Positions 20,745-29,855 are shown, numbered from the stretch's first letter. The stretch is DNA of 64,000 bases from Pseudomonadota bacterium (GCA_021819125.1 JAKARW010000001.1:42278-106277); one strand, 5' to 3'. The notes: generated from the letters alone by a model not told the origin. Numbers and translations are program-made.

Positions 20745-21176
20745 CTAGAGATGGGGGGCAATCCAGCCCTTGAGGCGTCCGGCGTCCATGGCCCCGGCCA
20801 CACGCGCGACCTCCTGGCCACCCTTGAAGACCGCGAGCGTGGGGATGCTGCGCACGTTATAGCGGCTCGCAAGCCCCTGGTGGTCCTCGGTGTTCACCTT
20901 GATGAAGCGCGCTTTGAGCTTGAGCTCGGCGGCCGCCTGCGCGAAGGCCGGGGCCATCATGCGGCATGGACCGCACCACGGGGCCCAGAAGTCGACCAGG
21001 ACCGGGAGTTCGTCGCCGGCGATATGCTGCGCAAAGCCCTGCTCGTCGACATTGACCGGCTCCCCGGTGATGAGCGGATGGTGGCAGGCCCCGCACCGGG
21101 GGTTCTGGGCCAGACGTTCCGCCGGGACCCGGTTTTTTTGTCCGCAGTGCGGGCACACCAGTTGCTTGACCGACAC
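20745..21176 (-). CDS. trxC: Thioredoxin 2 (zinc-finger N-terminus)
   Basis: 'CPHCGQKN...CGACH' zinc finger plus the 'WAPWCGPC' active site. Confidence 0.9.
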   Translation of the reverse strand: MSVKQLVCPHCGQKNRVPAERLAQNPRCGACHHPLITGEPVNVDEQGFAQHIAGDELPVLVDFWAPWCGPCRMMAPAFAQAAAELKLKARFIKVNTEDHQGLASRYNVRSIPTLAVFKGGQEVARVAGAMDAGRLKGWIAPHL

Positions 21177-21241
21177 GGGCGTTCCTCCAGACCAGATTCA
21201 CTGGTGTGAATGTGGGGCCGGGCCTTTGCGCTTTCCAGTCC

Positions 21242-21724
21242 TTACATACCGCCTGCAAACCCCTGTTGCCGCCACGCCTCGAACACCGCCACCGCGACGC
21301 TGTTTGAAAGGTTCAGACTGCGGTTGCCCGGGCGCATCGGCAATCGCAGGCGCTGCTCGGGAGAAAGTGCGGTGAGCAGCTCCTCGGGCAGGCCGCGGGT
21401 CTCGGGGCCGAACAGCAGCGCATCGCCGGGTTCGTAGCAGGCCTCGGTATAGAGGCGCTTGGCGCGGGTCGAGAACGCCCAGACACGCCGTGGCGCGGCA
21501 TCTTTCAGGAAGGCGCTGAAATCCCGATGGACGCAAAGCGTCACCCACTCGTGATAATCGAGCCCGGCGCGGCGCAACAGCCGGTCCTCGAGACGAAACC
21601 CCAGGGGCTCGATCAGATGAAGTGCCGCCCCGGTGTTGGCGCAAAGTCTTATGACGTTACCCGTATTGGGCGGGATCTCGGGCTCGAAGAGCACCACATG
21701 AAATGTCGTATCGCATGTTGCCAT
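21242..21724 (-). CDS. trmL: tRNA (cytidine/uridine34-2'-O)-methyltransferase TrmL
   Basis: SPOUT fold: 'VVLFEPEIPPNTGNVIRLC', 'LLFGPETRGLP', 'SLNLSNSVAV'. Confidence 0.88.
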   Translation of the reverse strand: MATCDTTFHVVLFEPEIPPNTGNVIRLCANTGAALHLIEPLGFRLEDRLLRRAGLDYHEWVTLCVHRDFSAFLKDAAPRRVWAFSTRAKRLYTEACYEPGDALLFGPETRGLPEELLTALSPEQRLRLPMRPGNRSLNLSNSVAVAVFEAWRQQGFAGGM

Positions 21725-21931
21725 AAGTCCCTACTACCACTATAAATTATACCGTATCCGTCCTATTCGGGTCATTGTCGGGGCGGGATAGGGACTGCGC
21801 CATCCTCCCGGTTCCGGCGCCACTATAACCCGTCGCGCCGCAGGCTGTGCTAGAGTCGCGCGGCGCCATTGCGGGGTGGAGTGTAGGGATTCTTTTGCGG
21901 GGACGCTTAAAAAAATCACTCAAGATTGCGT

Positions 21932-21947
21932 CGGCACGCTTCCTGCA
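21932..21947 (+). promoter_or_regulatory. Candidate sigma54 (-24/-12) promoter for the major pilin gene
   Basis: 'cGGCACGcttccTGCA' against consensus TGGCACG-N4-TTGCW. The GG-N10-GC spacing is correct. Lies about 100 nt upstream of the pilin ATG. Confidence 0.4.
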
Positions 21948-22047
21948 TGGATAGGGTAGGTCATTTGAGAGCACGGTCGGTACGGCTGATTTCAAGGCCG
22001 ACGCCAAAGATTGATCACGGATCATATTTATGGAGAGGGGGTTGAAT

Positions 22048-22530
22048 ATGAAGCGGCAGCAGGCAGGTTTTACGTTAATCGAATTGGTGGTCGTCATCAT
22101 CATCCTGGGGATCTTGGCGGCGGTCGCCCTGCCGAAGTTCATGGGGCTTAGCAAAGATGCGCGGGTGTCGGTGGTGAGCGGCATGACGGGTTCGGTCATG
22201 GAGGCCGCCGATATGGTGCATGCCTTGGCTGAGGTCCAGGGGGCAACGGGCGCCACGGGAAGTGTGACGTTCGGTGGTACGACGGTTACAACCGCGTACG
22301 GTTACCCGGACTCGACTGCGACCGGGATCCTCGTATCCTTGCAGGATGCCTCAGCCGCGCCCTCGCAGACGTTCCCCTTTACCTTTACCGCCGGTACCAC
22401 CACGACGGCCGCGACCTTCGCCTATACCGCGGTGGGCGGAACGGCCAATACCGGATGTGAGGTGAGCTATACAGCCGCGGCGGCAGCTGGCGCAGAGCCG
22501 TCCGTGAGTACGACCACCAGCGGTTGTTAG
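22048..22530 (+). CDS. mshA: MSHA-type major pilin (type IVa prepilin)
   Basis: 'MKRQQAG|FTLIELVVVIIILGILAAVALPKF' prepilin leader with Glu5. C-terminal Cys pair 'TGCEVSY...TSGC'. Confidence 0.85.
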   Translation: MKRQQAGFTLIELVVVIIILGILAAVALPKFMGLSKDARVSVVSGMTGSVMEAADMVHALAEVQGATGATGSVTFGGTTVTTAYGYPDSTATGILVSLQDASAAPSQTFPFTFTAGTTTTAATFAYTAVGGTANTGCEVSYTAAAAAGAEPSVSTTTSGC

Positions 22531-22534
22531 GTGA

Positions 22535-22568
22535 ACGGGCCTGCCCGCAGGGGTGGGCCCGTCCTTTT
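22535..22568 (+). terminator. Rho-independent terminator/attenuator after the major pilin gene
   Basis: 12-bp stem (22535-22546 pairs with 22551-22562; two G:U pairs) with GCAG tetraloop, followed by 'CCTTTTC'. Confidence 0.55.
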
Positions 22569-22581
22569 CGGTGATCTCGTC

Positions 22582-23121
22582 ATGGCGGAATTCGAGGGTC
22601 TCGAGATATTTCATGACGTGCATGAGCGGCGTGCGTGCGATAGGGGGCAATGCCGGCGGCGCGCGAGAGCCGCGACCGCGGGCTTTACATTGCTCGAGGT
22701 CGTCACGGTTCTTGTCATGGCCGCCATTCTCGCCGCGGTGCTCGCGCCGCGCTTCATAGGCACCACGGGATTTACCGGGCAGACGACCGCTGACAAACTT
22801 TTAATGGCGGCGCGTTATGCCGAGACCCTGGCGCAAAACCAGGGGGTGACGACCTCTCTTGTGGTCGGTACGGGTTCCTTCTCGGTTACTCAGAATAGTG
22901 TGGCCGTGGCCAATCCCACGCTGCAATCGGCAAGTCTGGTCGTCCCGCTGCCAGCCGATGTTACGATCACGCCGCAGACCACGGTGAGTTTCGCGCGCCC
23001 AGGGGTTCCTAATGCCACCCCGATCTTCACTGTCGCAGGCCCCGGCTCCACCGTCCGGGTAGATGTGACCGCGAGCGGTTATATCTATGAATGCGGACCG
23101 CAGGGAGCCTGTCTGCCATGA
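22582..23121 (+). CDS. Minor prepilin-type protein (MshC/GspH-like); start uncertain
   Basis: 'TAGFTLLEVVTVLVMAAILAAVLAPRF'. No ATG lies close to the cleavage motif; candidates are ATG 22582 or GTG 22618. Confidence 0.7.
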   Translation: MAEFEGLEIFHDVHERRACDRGQCRRRARAATAGFTLLEVVTVLVMAAILAAVLAPRFIGTTGFTGQTTADKLLMAARYAETLAQNQGVTTSLVVGTGSFSVTQNSVAVANPTLQSASLVVPLPADVTITPQTTVSFARPGVPNATPIFTVAGPGSTVRVDVTASGYIYECGPQGACLP

Positions 23122-23543
23122 GGCCCCGCGAACACATCAGCGCCCGGCGTAGGATCGCGGGCTTAAGCTTGATCGAACTCCTTGTCGCGATCGTGCTGCT
23201 CGCGATCCTTGGCGCAGGCTTCATGGCCATGTATGGGGACGTGACCCGTCACAATGCCGCCGGCGAGCAGGCCGCGCCCATGACCTGGGTGGCCCAGGGG
23301 GTCATGGAGTATGAGTTGTTGCAGACGCAGACCAAGTCGGCCACCGGCAAGCCGGTCGTTCTAAGCAATGCCGCGTTCGGCCCCTATGTGGCCAATGCCA
23401 CGGTCGCGACCGCGGCCACGAAGACGGTGGGAGGGAAAAAAAAACCGATCACCTATTACGCCTATCTCGTGACGGTCACGGTCACCTGCGCGTCCGGCGC
23501 CTGTACCCCCATGGTCTTGACCTCCTATGTCTACACGACCTGA
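23118..23543 (+). CDS. Minor prepilin-type protein (MshD-like)
   Basis: 'RRRIAGLSLIELLVAIVLLAILGAGF'. ATGA overlap with the previous gene. Contains an A9 tract. Confidence 0.75.
   Translation: MRPREHISARRRIAGLSLIELLVAIVLLAILGAGFMAMYGDVTRHNAAGEQAAPMTWVAQGVMEYELLQTQTKSATGKPVVLSNAAFGPYVANATVATAATKTVGGKKKPITYYAYLVTVTVTCASGACTPMVLTSYVYTT
23436..23444 (+). repeat. A9 homopolymer inside a minor pilin CDS
   Basis: 'GGG AAA AAA AAA CCG' encodes GKKKP. It is the longest homopolymer I saw in this GC-rich window. Confidence 0.9.
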
Positions 23544-24000
23544 CGCCGGCCTTACCTTGATCGAGATGGTGGTCGCCCTCGTGCTGACGGCGATCCTCAT
23601 GGCGATGGCCGCGCCGTTGCTTACGCATCTCATAAGGAGTTATGTCACAGGCGCCCAGGGGGCGGATCTCGCAACGGCCGCCGGGCCCGCCGTCGCGCGC
23701 CTGCAATGGGATGGGCGCAACGCCTACCAGATGGTGGTGACCAATACCTGCACGCTCGATCTGGAGAACGCGAAGGGTCAGGTACTCGAGGATTATCACT
23801 ATGCCGGGGGCGATCTGTACCGCAAACAGAAAGGTACGAAGAAGGCCTTGATATTGGCGGACCTGCAAAGTCCGGGCGGGGCCTGCCCGTTTGCCGCCGC
23901 GTCCCCCTACACCGTGGTCTACGATTTTCTCTACATAGGTCCGAGCGGCCAGGGACAGCTGGCCGTGGATGGGGAGCTGTCGGCCTATGCCTACTCCTAG
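23527..24000 (+). CDS. Minor prepilin-type protein (MshO-like)
   Basis: 'MSTRPDAGLTLIEMVVALVLTAILMAMAAPLL'. Overlaps both neighbouring genes. Confidence 0.75.
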   Translation: MSTRPDAGLTLIEMVVALVLTAILMAMAAPLLTHLIRSYVTGAQGADLATAAGPAVARLQWDGRNAYQMVVTNTCTLDLENAKGQVLEDYHYAGGDLYRKQKGTKKALILADLQSPGGACPFAAASPYTVVYDFLYIGPSGQGQLAVDGELSAYAYS

Positions 24001-24427
24001 CGCACGCCGCGATCGCGGCTTTATTCTGGTGGCGCTCATCTTCCTGGTGCTCGTGGGCGCCCTGCTATTGGCCGCCATGGCCTTCCTATATGGGACTGCG
24101 ACCGGCGCCGAGGCGACACAGAATGGCGGCGGCCAGGCCTTCACCGCCGCCGAGAGCGGCGATCAGTACGGGGTCTACTACCTGGAGACGAACTATTGGA
24201 ACAAGTTGCCGCCCACGCCGCTCACCCTGCCCGCGCAGACCCCGTCGGTCCCCGATCCCGCATGCCCGCCGGTCGTGACCGTCACCAAGGCCGGCGGCAA
24301 TTATTTCGTCACGTCGGTGGCAACATGCGCGGGGTCGGCGGCGCGTTGGACGGTGGTACGGACAGTCACGGCGACGCGGAAGCAAGGCAAGATCACTTAT
24401 ACGGTCACCGCCTGGGCGCAGCAATAG
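23987..24427 (+). CDS. PilX-N/MshP-like pilus assembly protein
   Basis: 'RRDRGFILVALIFLVLVGALLLAAMAFLY', a hydrophobic N-terminus without Glu5, typical of PilX/MshP. Confidence 0.65.
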   Translation: MPTPSARRDRGFILVALIFLVLVGALLLAAMAFLYGTATGAEATQNGGGQAFTAAESGDQYGVYYLETNYWNKLPPTPLTLPAQTPSVPDPACPPVVTVTKAGGNYFVTSVATCAGSAARWTVVRTVTATRKQGKITYTVTAWAQQ

Positions 24428-24504
24428 ACGCGTGCGCATGGGTTCGGCACTGATGCTTTGGTTTTGCTATACCTTAAGAGTATTTAGCGACGATAGGGGT
24501 TGAG

Positions 24505-26229
24505 ATGGCCATGACTGAATCCGCAGCAGTTCCCCGACCGCGCAAGGCGCGCCTCGGCGATCTCCTGCTGGAAAACAAGGTGATCTCGAAGGAGCAGCTC
24601 GAGACGGCGCTGGCCGACCAGCGCAAGAGCGGGCGGCGGTTGGGTCGCGTCCTTATCGAAAACGGTTATCTCACCGAAGACGCCCTGCTCGACTTCCTGT
24701 CGCGCCAACTGCGCATCCCCTACGTCGACCTGCGCCGCTATACCTTCGTTCCGGAGGTCGTGCGCCTGATCCCGGAGGCCTATGCGCGGCGTTTTCGCGC
24801 CGTCGCCCTGCGCGAGGAGGACGGCGCGATCCTCGTGGGCCTGGCCGATCCGATCGACATCTTCGCCCATGATGAGATCGCGCGGCTCGTCCAAAAACCC
24901 CTGAAGCTCGCGGTCGTCAAGGAGGGCGATCTCTTGAAGGCCCTGGATGTGGTGTACCGCCGCACCGAGGAGATCAGCGGGCTTGCCGCCGAGCTCGAGC
25001 AGGAGCTCGCGGCCTACGATATCGATCTCGGGATGGCATCGGGGGTCGCCGACGGCGCCAACGACGCCCCGGTGGTCAAGCTCCTGCAGACCATATTCGA
25101 GGATGCGATCCAGGTGAACGCCTCGGACATCCATATCGAGCCCGACGAGAGCGCGGTGCGCGTGCGCTTTCGGATCGACGGCGAGCTGCGGGTGCAGACC
25201 ACCGCCGACCGTAAGATCGCCCAGGCCCTGGTATCGCGCCTGAAGCTCATGGCCTCGCTCGACATCTCCGAGCGCAGGCTCCCGCAGGACGGGCGCTGTC
25301 AGGTGCGGTTTCGGGATACCGTGATCGACGTGCGCATGTCGACCGTGCCGGTGCAGCACGGCGAATCGGTGGCCATGCGTCTCTTGAACCAATCGAACGG
25401 TATCCTGGATCTCGACCGGCTCGGCATGCCCGCCGATATCCTGGGGCGCCTGCGTGCCCTGATCCATCAGCCCCACGGTCTTGTGCTCGTCACGGGCCCC
25501 ACGGGTAGCGGCAAGACCACGACCCTCTACGGCGCCCTAAAGGAGCTCAATGCCACCTCGGTGAAGGTCTTGACGGTCGAGGATCCGGTCGAGTACCGGC
25601 TCGCGGGTGTCAACCAGGTCCAGGTCAACCCCAAGATCGATCTCGGGTTCGCGCGCGTCCTGCGCGCCTTTTTGCGGCAGGACCCGGACATCATCCTGAT
25701 CGGCGAGATGCGCGATACCGAGACCGTGGAGATCGGGCTGCGCGCGGCCATGACCGGCCATCTCGTATTGTCGACCTTGCACACCCATGACGTGGTATCG
25801 AGCGCCTTGCGGCTCATGGATATGGGCGCCGAGCCCTATCTCGTGGCGGCCTCGCTGCGCGGGGTCATGGCCCAAAGGCTTGTGCGCCGGGTGTGTGACA
25901 GTTGCGCCGAGCCGGTCGCGCCGACCGTAGCCGAGAAGGCGCTTTTGACGGCCGAGTTCGGCGCCGATGCACCCATGACCTTAAAGCGCGGACGCGGGTG
26001 CGCCTTTTGTCAGCACACGGGCTTTCGCGGACGCATCGGGGTCTATGAGATCCTCGAGATCGACGAGGCCTTGATGTTCGCCCTTCAGAAACGTGACCCC
26101 GAGGCCTTTCAGCGCGCGGCTTTGAATGCCCCGCATTACCGAAGGCTGCGTACCGAGGCCCTCGCCCAGGCGGCGCGCGGTATCACCACGGTCGAGGAGG
26201 CCGTGCGCGCCGTGTATGGGGGCGGTTGA
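24505..26229 (+). CDS. mshE: MSHA pilus extension ATPase MshE (GspE/PilB family) with MshEN c-di-GMP-binding N-domain
   Basis: Tandem 24-aa MshEN motifs (residues 16-68), Walker A 'GPTGSGKTT', Asp/His boxes, tetracysteine 'CDSC...CAFC'. Confidence 0.93.
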   Translation: MAMTESAAVPRPRKARLGDLLLENKVISKEQLETALADQRKSGRRLGRVLIENGYLTEDALLDFLSRQLRIPYVDLRRYTFVPEVVRLIPEAYARRFRAVALREEDGAILVGLADPIDIFAHDEIARLVQKPLKLAVVKEGDLLKALDVVYRRTEEISGLAAELEQELAAYDIDLGMASGVADGANDAPVVKLLQTIFEDAIQVNASDIHIEPDESAVRVRFRIDGELRVQTTADRKIAQALVSRLKLMASLDISERRLPQDGRCQVRFRDTVIDVRMSTVPVQHGESVAMRLLNQSNGILDLDRLGMPADILGRLRALIHQPHGLVLVTGPTGSGKTTTLYGALKELNATSVKVLTVEDPVEYRLAGVNQVQVNPKIDLGFARVLRAFLRQDPDIILIGEMRDTETVEIGLRAAMTGHLVLSTLHTHDVVSSALRLMDMGAEPYLVAASLRGVMAQRLVRRVCDSCAEPVAPTVAEKALLTAEFGADAPMTLKRGRGCAFCQHTGFRGRIGVYEILEIDEALMFALQKRDPEAFQRAALNAPHYRRLRTEALAQAARGITTVEEAVRAVYGGG

Positions 26230-27464
26230 TGGCGTCGTTTCGCTACAAGGGGCGCAATGGCCGCGGCGAGGCGGTGGCGGGCCTCATGGAGGGTACGAGC
26301 GCCGACGCCGTGGCCACCCATCTCTTCAATCTCGGCATCACCCCGATCGACATCCACGGTGCCCCGGCCGGGTCGCGCCCTTTGTGGCTGCGGGAACTCG
26401 GGCGCGCGCGCGTCGATCTGACCGACCTCGTGTTGTTCTGCCGCCAGATGCACACCCTCCTCAAGGCCGGCGTACCCATCATGCAGGCCTTGAAGGGTCT
26501 GCGCGATTCCACCCACAACCGCACGCTCTCGGCTGTGATCGGGCAGTTAAACGAGGCCCTGGACGCGGGCCTCGACCTCACTGGCGCCGTGAGGCGCCAC
26601 CCCAAGGTGTTCTCGACCCTGTTTGTGGCGTTGGTGCAGATCGGGGAGACGAGCGGCACGCTCGACCAGTCCTTCTTGCAGCTCGCGGGTTACCTGGAGC
26701 GCGACCGCGAGACCGAGCAGCGCGTGAAATCCGCCACCCGCTACCCGAGTTTCGTCGTGGCCGCCCTTGTCATCGCGGTCTTTATCATCAATATCTTTGT
26801 CATACCGGCCTTCGCCCATGTCTATGCCGGCCTGCATGCCAAGCTACCGCTTGCCACGCGCATCCTGATTGCGTCATCGCGGCTTACGGTCCGCTATTGG
26901 TACGACGCCGTGGCCGCGGTCGTGCTGACGGTGCTCGGCGTCCGATCCTATGTGCGCACCGTAGGCGGGCGCTACCGCTGGCATCGCCTGCGTCTGCGGC
27001 TGCCCATCATAGGCCCTATCCTGACCCGCGCCCTGCTCGGTCGTTTCTCGCGGGCGCTCGCGATTACCATAAAAAGCGGTGTGCCCCTGATCCAGGGCCT
27101 CACCGTCATAAGCCGGGCGGTCGACAACGAGTATGTGGCCGCGCGCATATTGCAGATGCGCGACGGCATCGAGCGCGGCGAGACCTTGGCGCGCGCCGCG
27201 CAGGCCACGGAACTGTTTCCGCCGCTCGTGCTGCAAATGATCGCGGTGGGCGAGGAGAGCGGGGCGATCGATAGCCTCATGACCGAGGTCGCTGAATACT
27301 ATGAGCGCGAAGTGGACTATGATCTGCGCAATCTCAGCACCGCCATCGAGCCTTTATTGGTGGTTGCCATGGGCGTGCTGGTCCTGATGCTGGCGCTGGG
27401 GGTGTTTCTGCCGATGTGGGATCTGGCGAGTGCCGCCTTCCACCAAAACGGCGGCCAGGTCTAG
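26226..27464 (+). CDS. mshG: Pilus platform protein MshG (GspF/PilC family)
   Basis: Two GspF repeats, 3 TM segments. ATGA-type overlap with mshE. Confidence 0.9.
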   Translation: MMASFRYKGRNGRGEAVAGLMEGTSADAVATHLFNLGITPIDIHGAPAGSRPLWLRELGRARVDLTDLVLFCRQMHTLLKAGVPIMQALKGLRDSTHNRTLSAVIGQLNEALDAGLDLTGAVRRHPKVFSTLFVALVQIGETSGTLDQSFLQLAGYLERDRETEQRVKSATRYPSFVVAALVIAVFIINIFVIPAFAHVYAGLHAKLPLATRILIASSRLTVRYWYDAVAAVVLTVLGVRSYVRTVGGRYRWHRLRLRLPIIGPILTRALLGRFSRALAITIKSGVPLIQGLTVISRAVDNEYVAARILQMRDGIERGETLARAAQATELFPPLVLQMIAVGEESGAIDSLMTEVAEYYEREVDYDLRNLSTAIEPLLVVAMGVLVLMLALGVFLPMWDLASAAFHQNGGQV

Positions 27465-27645
27465 GGACGTACCCCGGGGGCTTGCGACAGGGGGCGGTCC
27501 GCTGCAACCGCGGATGGTCTCGCGGTCGCAAGGGTCCTGGGCGTGACGCTCGGGAGTGCGCGTGTTACTGTCGGGGAAAAGAGCTTACCACCGCGGCAGG
27601 CCCGGAACGATGGATAGGCCGTGAGGACAGGCCATAGGGGGAGGT

Positions 27646-28560
27646 ATGTGGGGACGTTGGCGGCGCGGGCGCCGGGACGGGGGTCTCGCCGGCATCGGTG
27701 TGCACGCCGAGGGGCTTTCTTTCGTGCGCGTCGTGCGCGAGGCGCAGGTGCCGCCACGCATATCCGTGGCCGAGTTCCGGCCCTATGACGGCGCCGCGCC
27801 GGACCGGGTGCTTGCACGGCTCGTCTCGGATTATGATCTGAAGCACCAACCCTGCACGACTTTGCTTGGCGAGGGCGAGTACCGGCTGTTGCAGACCGAG
27901 GCGCCGGACGTCAAGTCCGAGGAGTTGCGCGCGGCGCTACGCTGGCGCATCAAGGACCTGATCGATTTTCATGTCAACGATGCCACCCTGGATGTCTTCG
28001 ACGTCCCGGTGCAAATGCCCGGGCGCGCGGCGCTCGTATACGTGGTGGTCGGACGCAACGAGGCGATACGTGCGCGCGCCGACCTCATGCAAAACGCCGG
28101 TGCGGCCCTCGATATCATCGACATCCCGGAGCTTGCGCAACGTAACCTAGCACAGCTTCTGCCCGAGGATCGGGAGGGCGTGGCGCTGCTCACATTGACC
28201 GAGGACGGGGCATTTATCACCATCACGCGCGACGGCGCGCTTTATCTCTCGCGCGCCATCACCGACGCATCATCGGCCTTGACCGATAGCCGCGGATTCG
28301 AGCGCCTGCTGCTCGAACTGCAGCGCTCACTCGATTATTTTGAGAGCTCCTTGCGGCAAAGCCCCATCACGCATGTGGTGGTGGCGCCGGCCTCGGCGCG
28401 GACCGAGCCGCTTGTGGCTTTTCTGCAAGGCAATCTCACGCAGCGGGTCGCGCCCTGGGAGGCGGGCCATTATGGAGACATCGAGACGGACGGGCCGGTC
28501 CCGGATGCCTGTCTTTTAACCTTGGGCGCAGCCCTGCGCCAGGACAAGGTGGCGTTGTGA
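27646..28560 (+). CDS. mshI: MshI (PilM-like actin-fold assembly protein)
   Basis: 'LAGIGVHAEGLSFVRV', 'IIDIPELAQRNL'. Position ahead of the PilN/O/P-like genes. Confidence 0.75.
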   Translation: MWGRWRRGRRDGGLAGIGVHAEGLSFVRVVREAQVPPRISVAEFRPYDGAAPDRVLARLVSDYDLKHQPCTTLLGEGEYRLLQTEAPDVKSEELRAALRWRIKDLIDFHVNDATLDVFDVPVQMPGRAALVYVVVGRNEAIRARADLMQNAGAALDIIDIPELAQRNLAQLLPEDREGVALLTLTEDGAFITITRDGALYLSRAITDASSALTDSRGFERLLLELQRSLDYFESSLRQSPITHVVVAPASARTEPLVAFLQGNLTQRVAPWEAGHYGDIETDGPVPDACLLTLGAALRQDKVAL

Positions 28561-29192
28561 TCCATCAGCAGATCAACCTCTACCACCCGATCTTCCGGCG
28601 CGAGCCCAAGCTGTTCTCGGCGGGTGTCATGCTGCGCGCGTGGCTTGCGTTGCTCGCGGTCGGTCTGCTCGCCGCCGGATTCGATGCCTGGCAGGTCGCA
28701 AGCCTGTCCGGGGCGCTTGCCGCCGCCCGGCAGACGGAGCAGATCGCCAAGGCGCGCCTCATGTCGGCCGACCGCGTCTTTGGGTTGGGTCGCGCCCATG
28801 CGCAACTGTCCGCGCTCAAGCGCCGCGCACGGACTTTAAAGGGCCTTGCGCGCTTCCTGCGCCAAAGCCGCCGGGCCGAGATCGGCCCGGCGCCGGTGCT
28901 TATCGCCATGAGCCACGGCGTCCTTCCCGGTCTATGGATCACGCGGTTTTCCCTGGATCGCCGGCATCGGGCGCTCACGCTTTCCGGCCACAGCCTGCGC
29001 CCGGCCCTGGTGCCGCTTTTTCTGCACCGCGTGGTGGCCGGCCCGAGTCTGGCCGGTTACCGCTTCCGGGGGCTTGCGATCACGCGCCCACGCGTGGCCG
29101 GCCGCTATAGACCCTACGTGGATTTCAATGCGAGCACCGCCACCATGACCGCCAAGGCCCGTGCCCCACGCGCCGCCAAGGGTGCGACATGA
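28557..29192 (+). CDS. MshI2 (PilN-like bitopic protein)
   Basis: GTG start overlapping the mshI stop. 'INLYHPIFRREPKLFS' plus a single TM, typical of a PilN N-terminus. Confidence 0.65.
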   Translation: MIHQQINLYHPIFRREPKLFSAGVMLRAWLALLAVGLLAAGFDAWQVASLSGALAAARQTEQIAKARLMSADRVFGLGRAHAQLSALKRRARTLKGLARFLRQSRRAEIGPAPVLIAMSHGVLPGLWITRFSLDRRHRALTLSGHSLRPALVPLFLHRVVAGPSLAGYRFRGLAITRPRVAGRYRPYVDFNASTATMTAKARAPRAAKGAT

Positions 29193-29827
29193 GCGTGAAG
29201 ACGCAGATCGCTGCCATCCAGGAGCGTATCGATGCGCTCACGCTGCGCGAGCGCATCCTGCTGTTCGCGGCGATCGTGACCGTCACCTATGGTTTCATAA
29301 TCGTCGCGGCAATCCGCCCGCTCGAAAACCGCGCGCGGACCGCTACCGCCGATCTCGCCTCCCTGCATGCCAAGACCCGTCAGATCGATACCCGGCTCGA
29401 TGCCATCCTGGCGCCAGGGGCGCGGGCCCGCGAGGCTGCGCAGCTAAAAACGCTTACGCGCAAGGTGCATGTGCTGAAGGCGCGTCTTGCGCGCCTTACG
29501 GCAGGCCTGGTGCCGGCGCGCGACATGCCAGCCCTCCTGCGCCAGGTCCTGGCGCGGTCACCGGGGGTGACGGTCGTGTCGCTCGTGGATCGTCGGGTGA
29601 TAGCGGTGCGTCGTAGCCCGAAGGACAAACCATTTTTGTATCGTCATGAGATGACGCTGGTCGTCCGAGGCGCCTACGCGGCTTTGTTACGCTACCTTAC
29701 GGTGCTCGCCCACACCAAGCGCCATGTGCTCTGGGGCCGGGTGACGTTGACCGCCGATCGTTACCCGTTTTCGACGGTGCGGTTACGGGTCTACACCCTA
29801 AGCACCCATGAGGCCCTGCTCCAATGA
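29189..29827 (+). CDS. mshJ: MshJ (PilO-like)
   Basis: N-terminal coiled coil plus TM ('LRERILLFAAIVTVTYGFIIV'). Coupled to the neighbouring genes. Confidence 0.65.
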   Translation: MSVKTQIAAIQERIDALTLRERILLFAAIVTVTYGFIIVAAIRPLENRARTATADLASLHAKTRQIDTRLDAILAPGARAREAAQLKTLTRKVHVLKARLARLTAGLVPARDMPALLRQVLARSPGVTVVSLVDRRVIAVRRSPKDKPFLYRHEMTLVVRGAYAALLRYLTVLAHTKRHVLWGRVTLTADRYPFSTVRLRVYTLSTHEALLQ

Positions 29828-29855
29828 TTGGCACGGTCCTTGTATGGTATCTGAC

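Noticed and set aside
19272-20773. 295-aa (-) and 319-aa (+) alternative-frame ORFs across the rpiA 3' end and the yhdH/acuI gene
   Set aside because: They overlap well-supported genes in other frames, and their translations are Arg/Gly/Pro-rich. The tail of the + ORF (ATG 20555, 'MMDKDRASFRLRESALRIVFLVLGLLFMSSPVFAA...', 72 aa) could be a small secreted or membrane peptide. However, it overlaps the trxC 3' end and I cannot support it without conservation data.
24484-25476. 330-aa ORF on the - strand
   Set aside because: Antisense to mshE, whose Walker, Asp, His and MshEN motifs fix the + frame. Shadow ORF.
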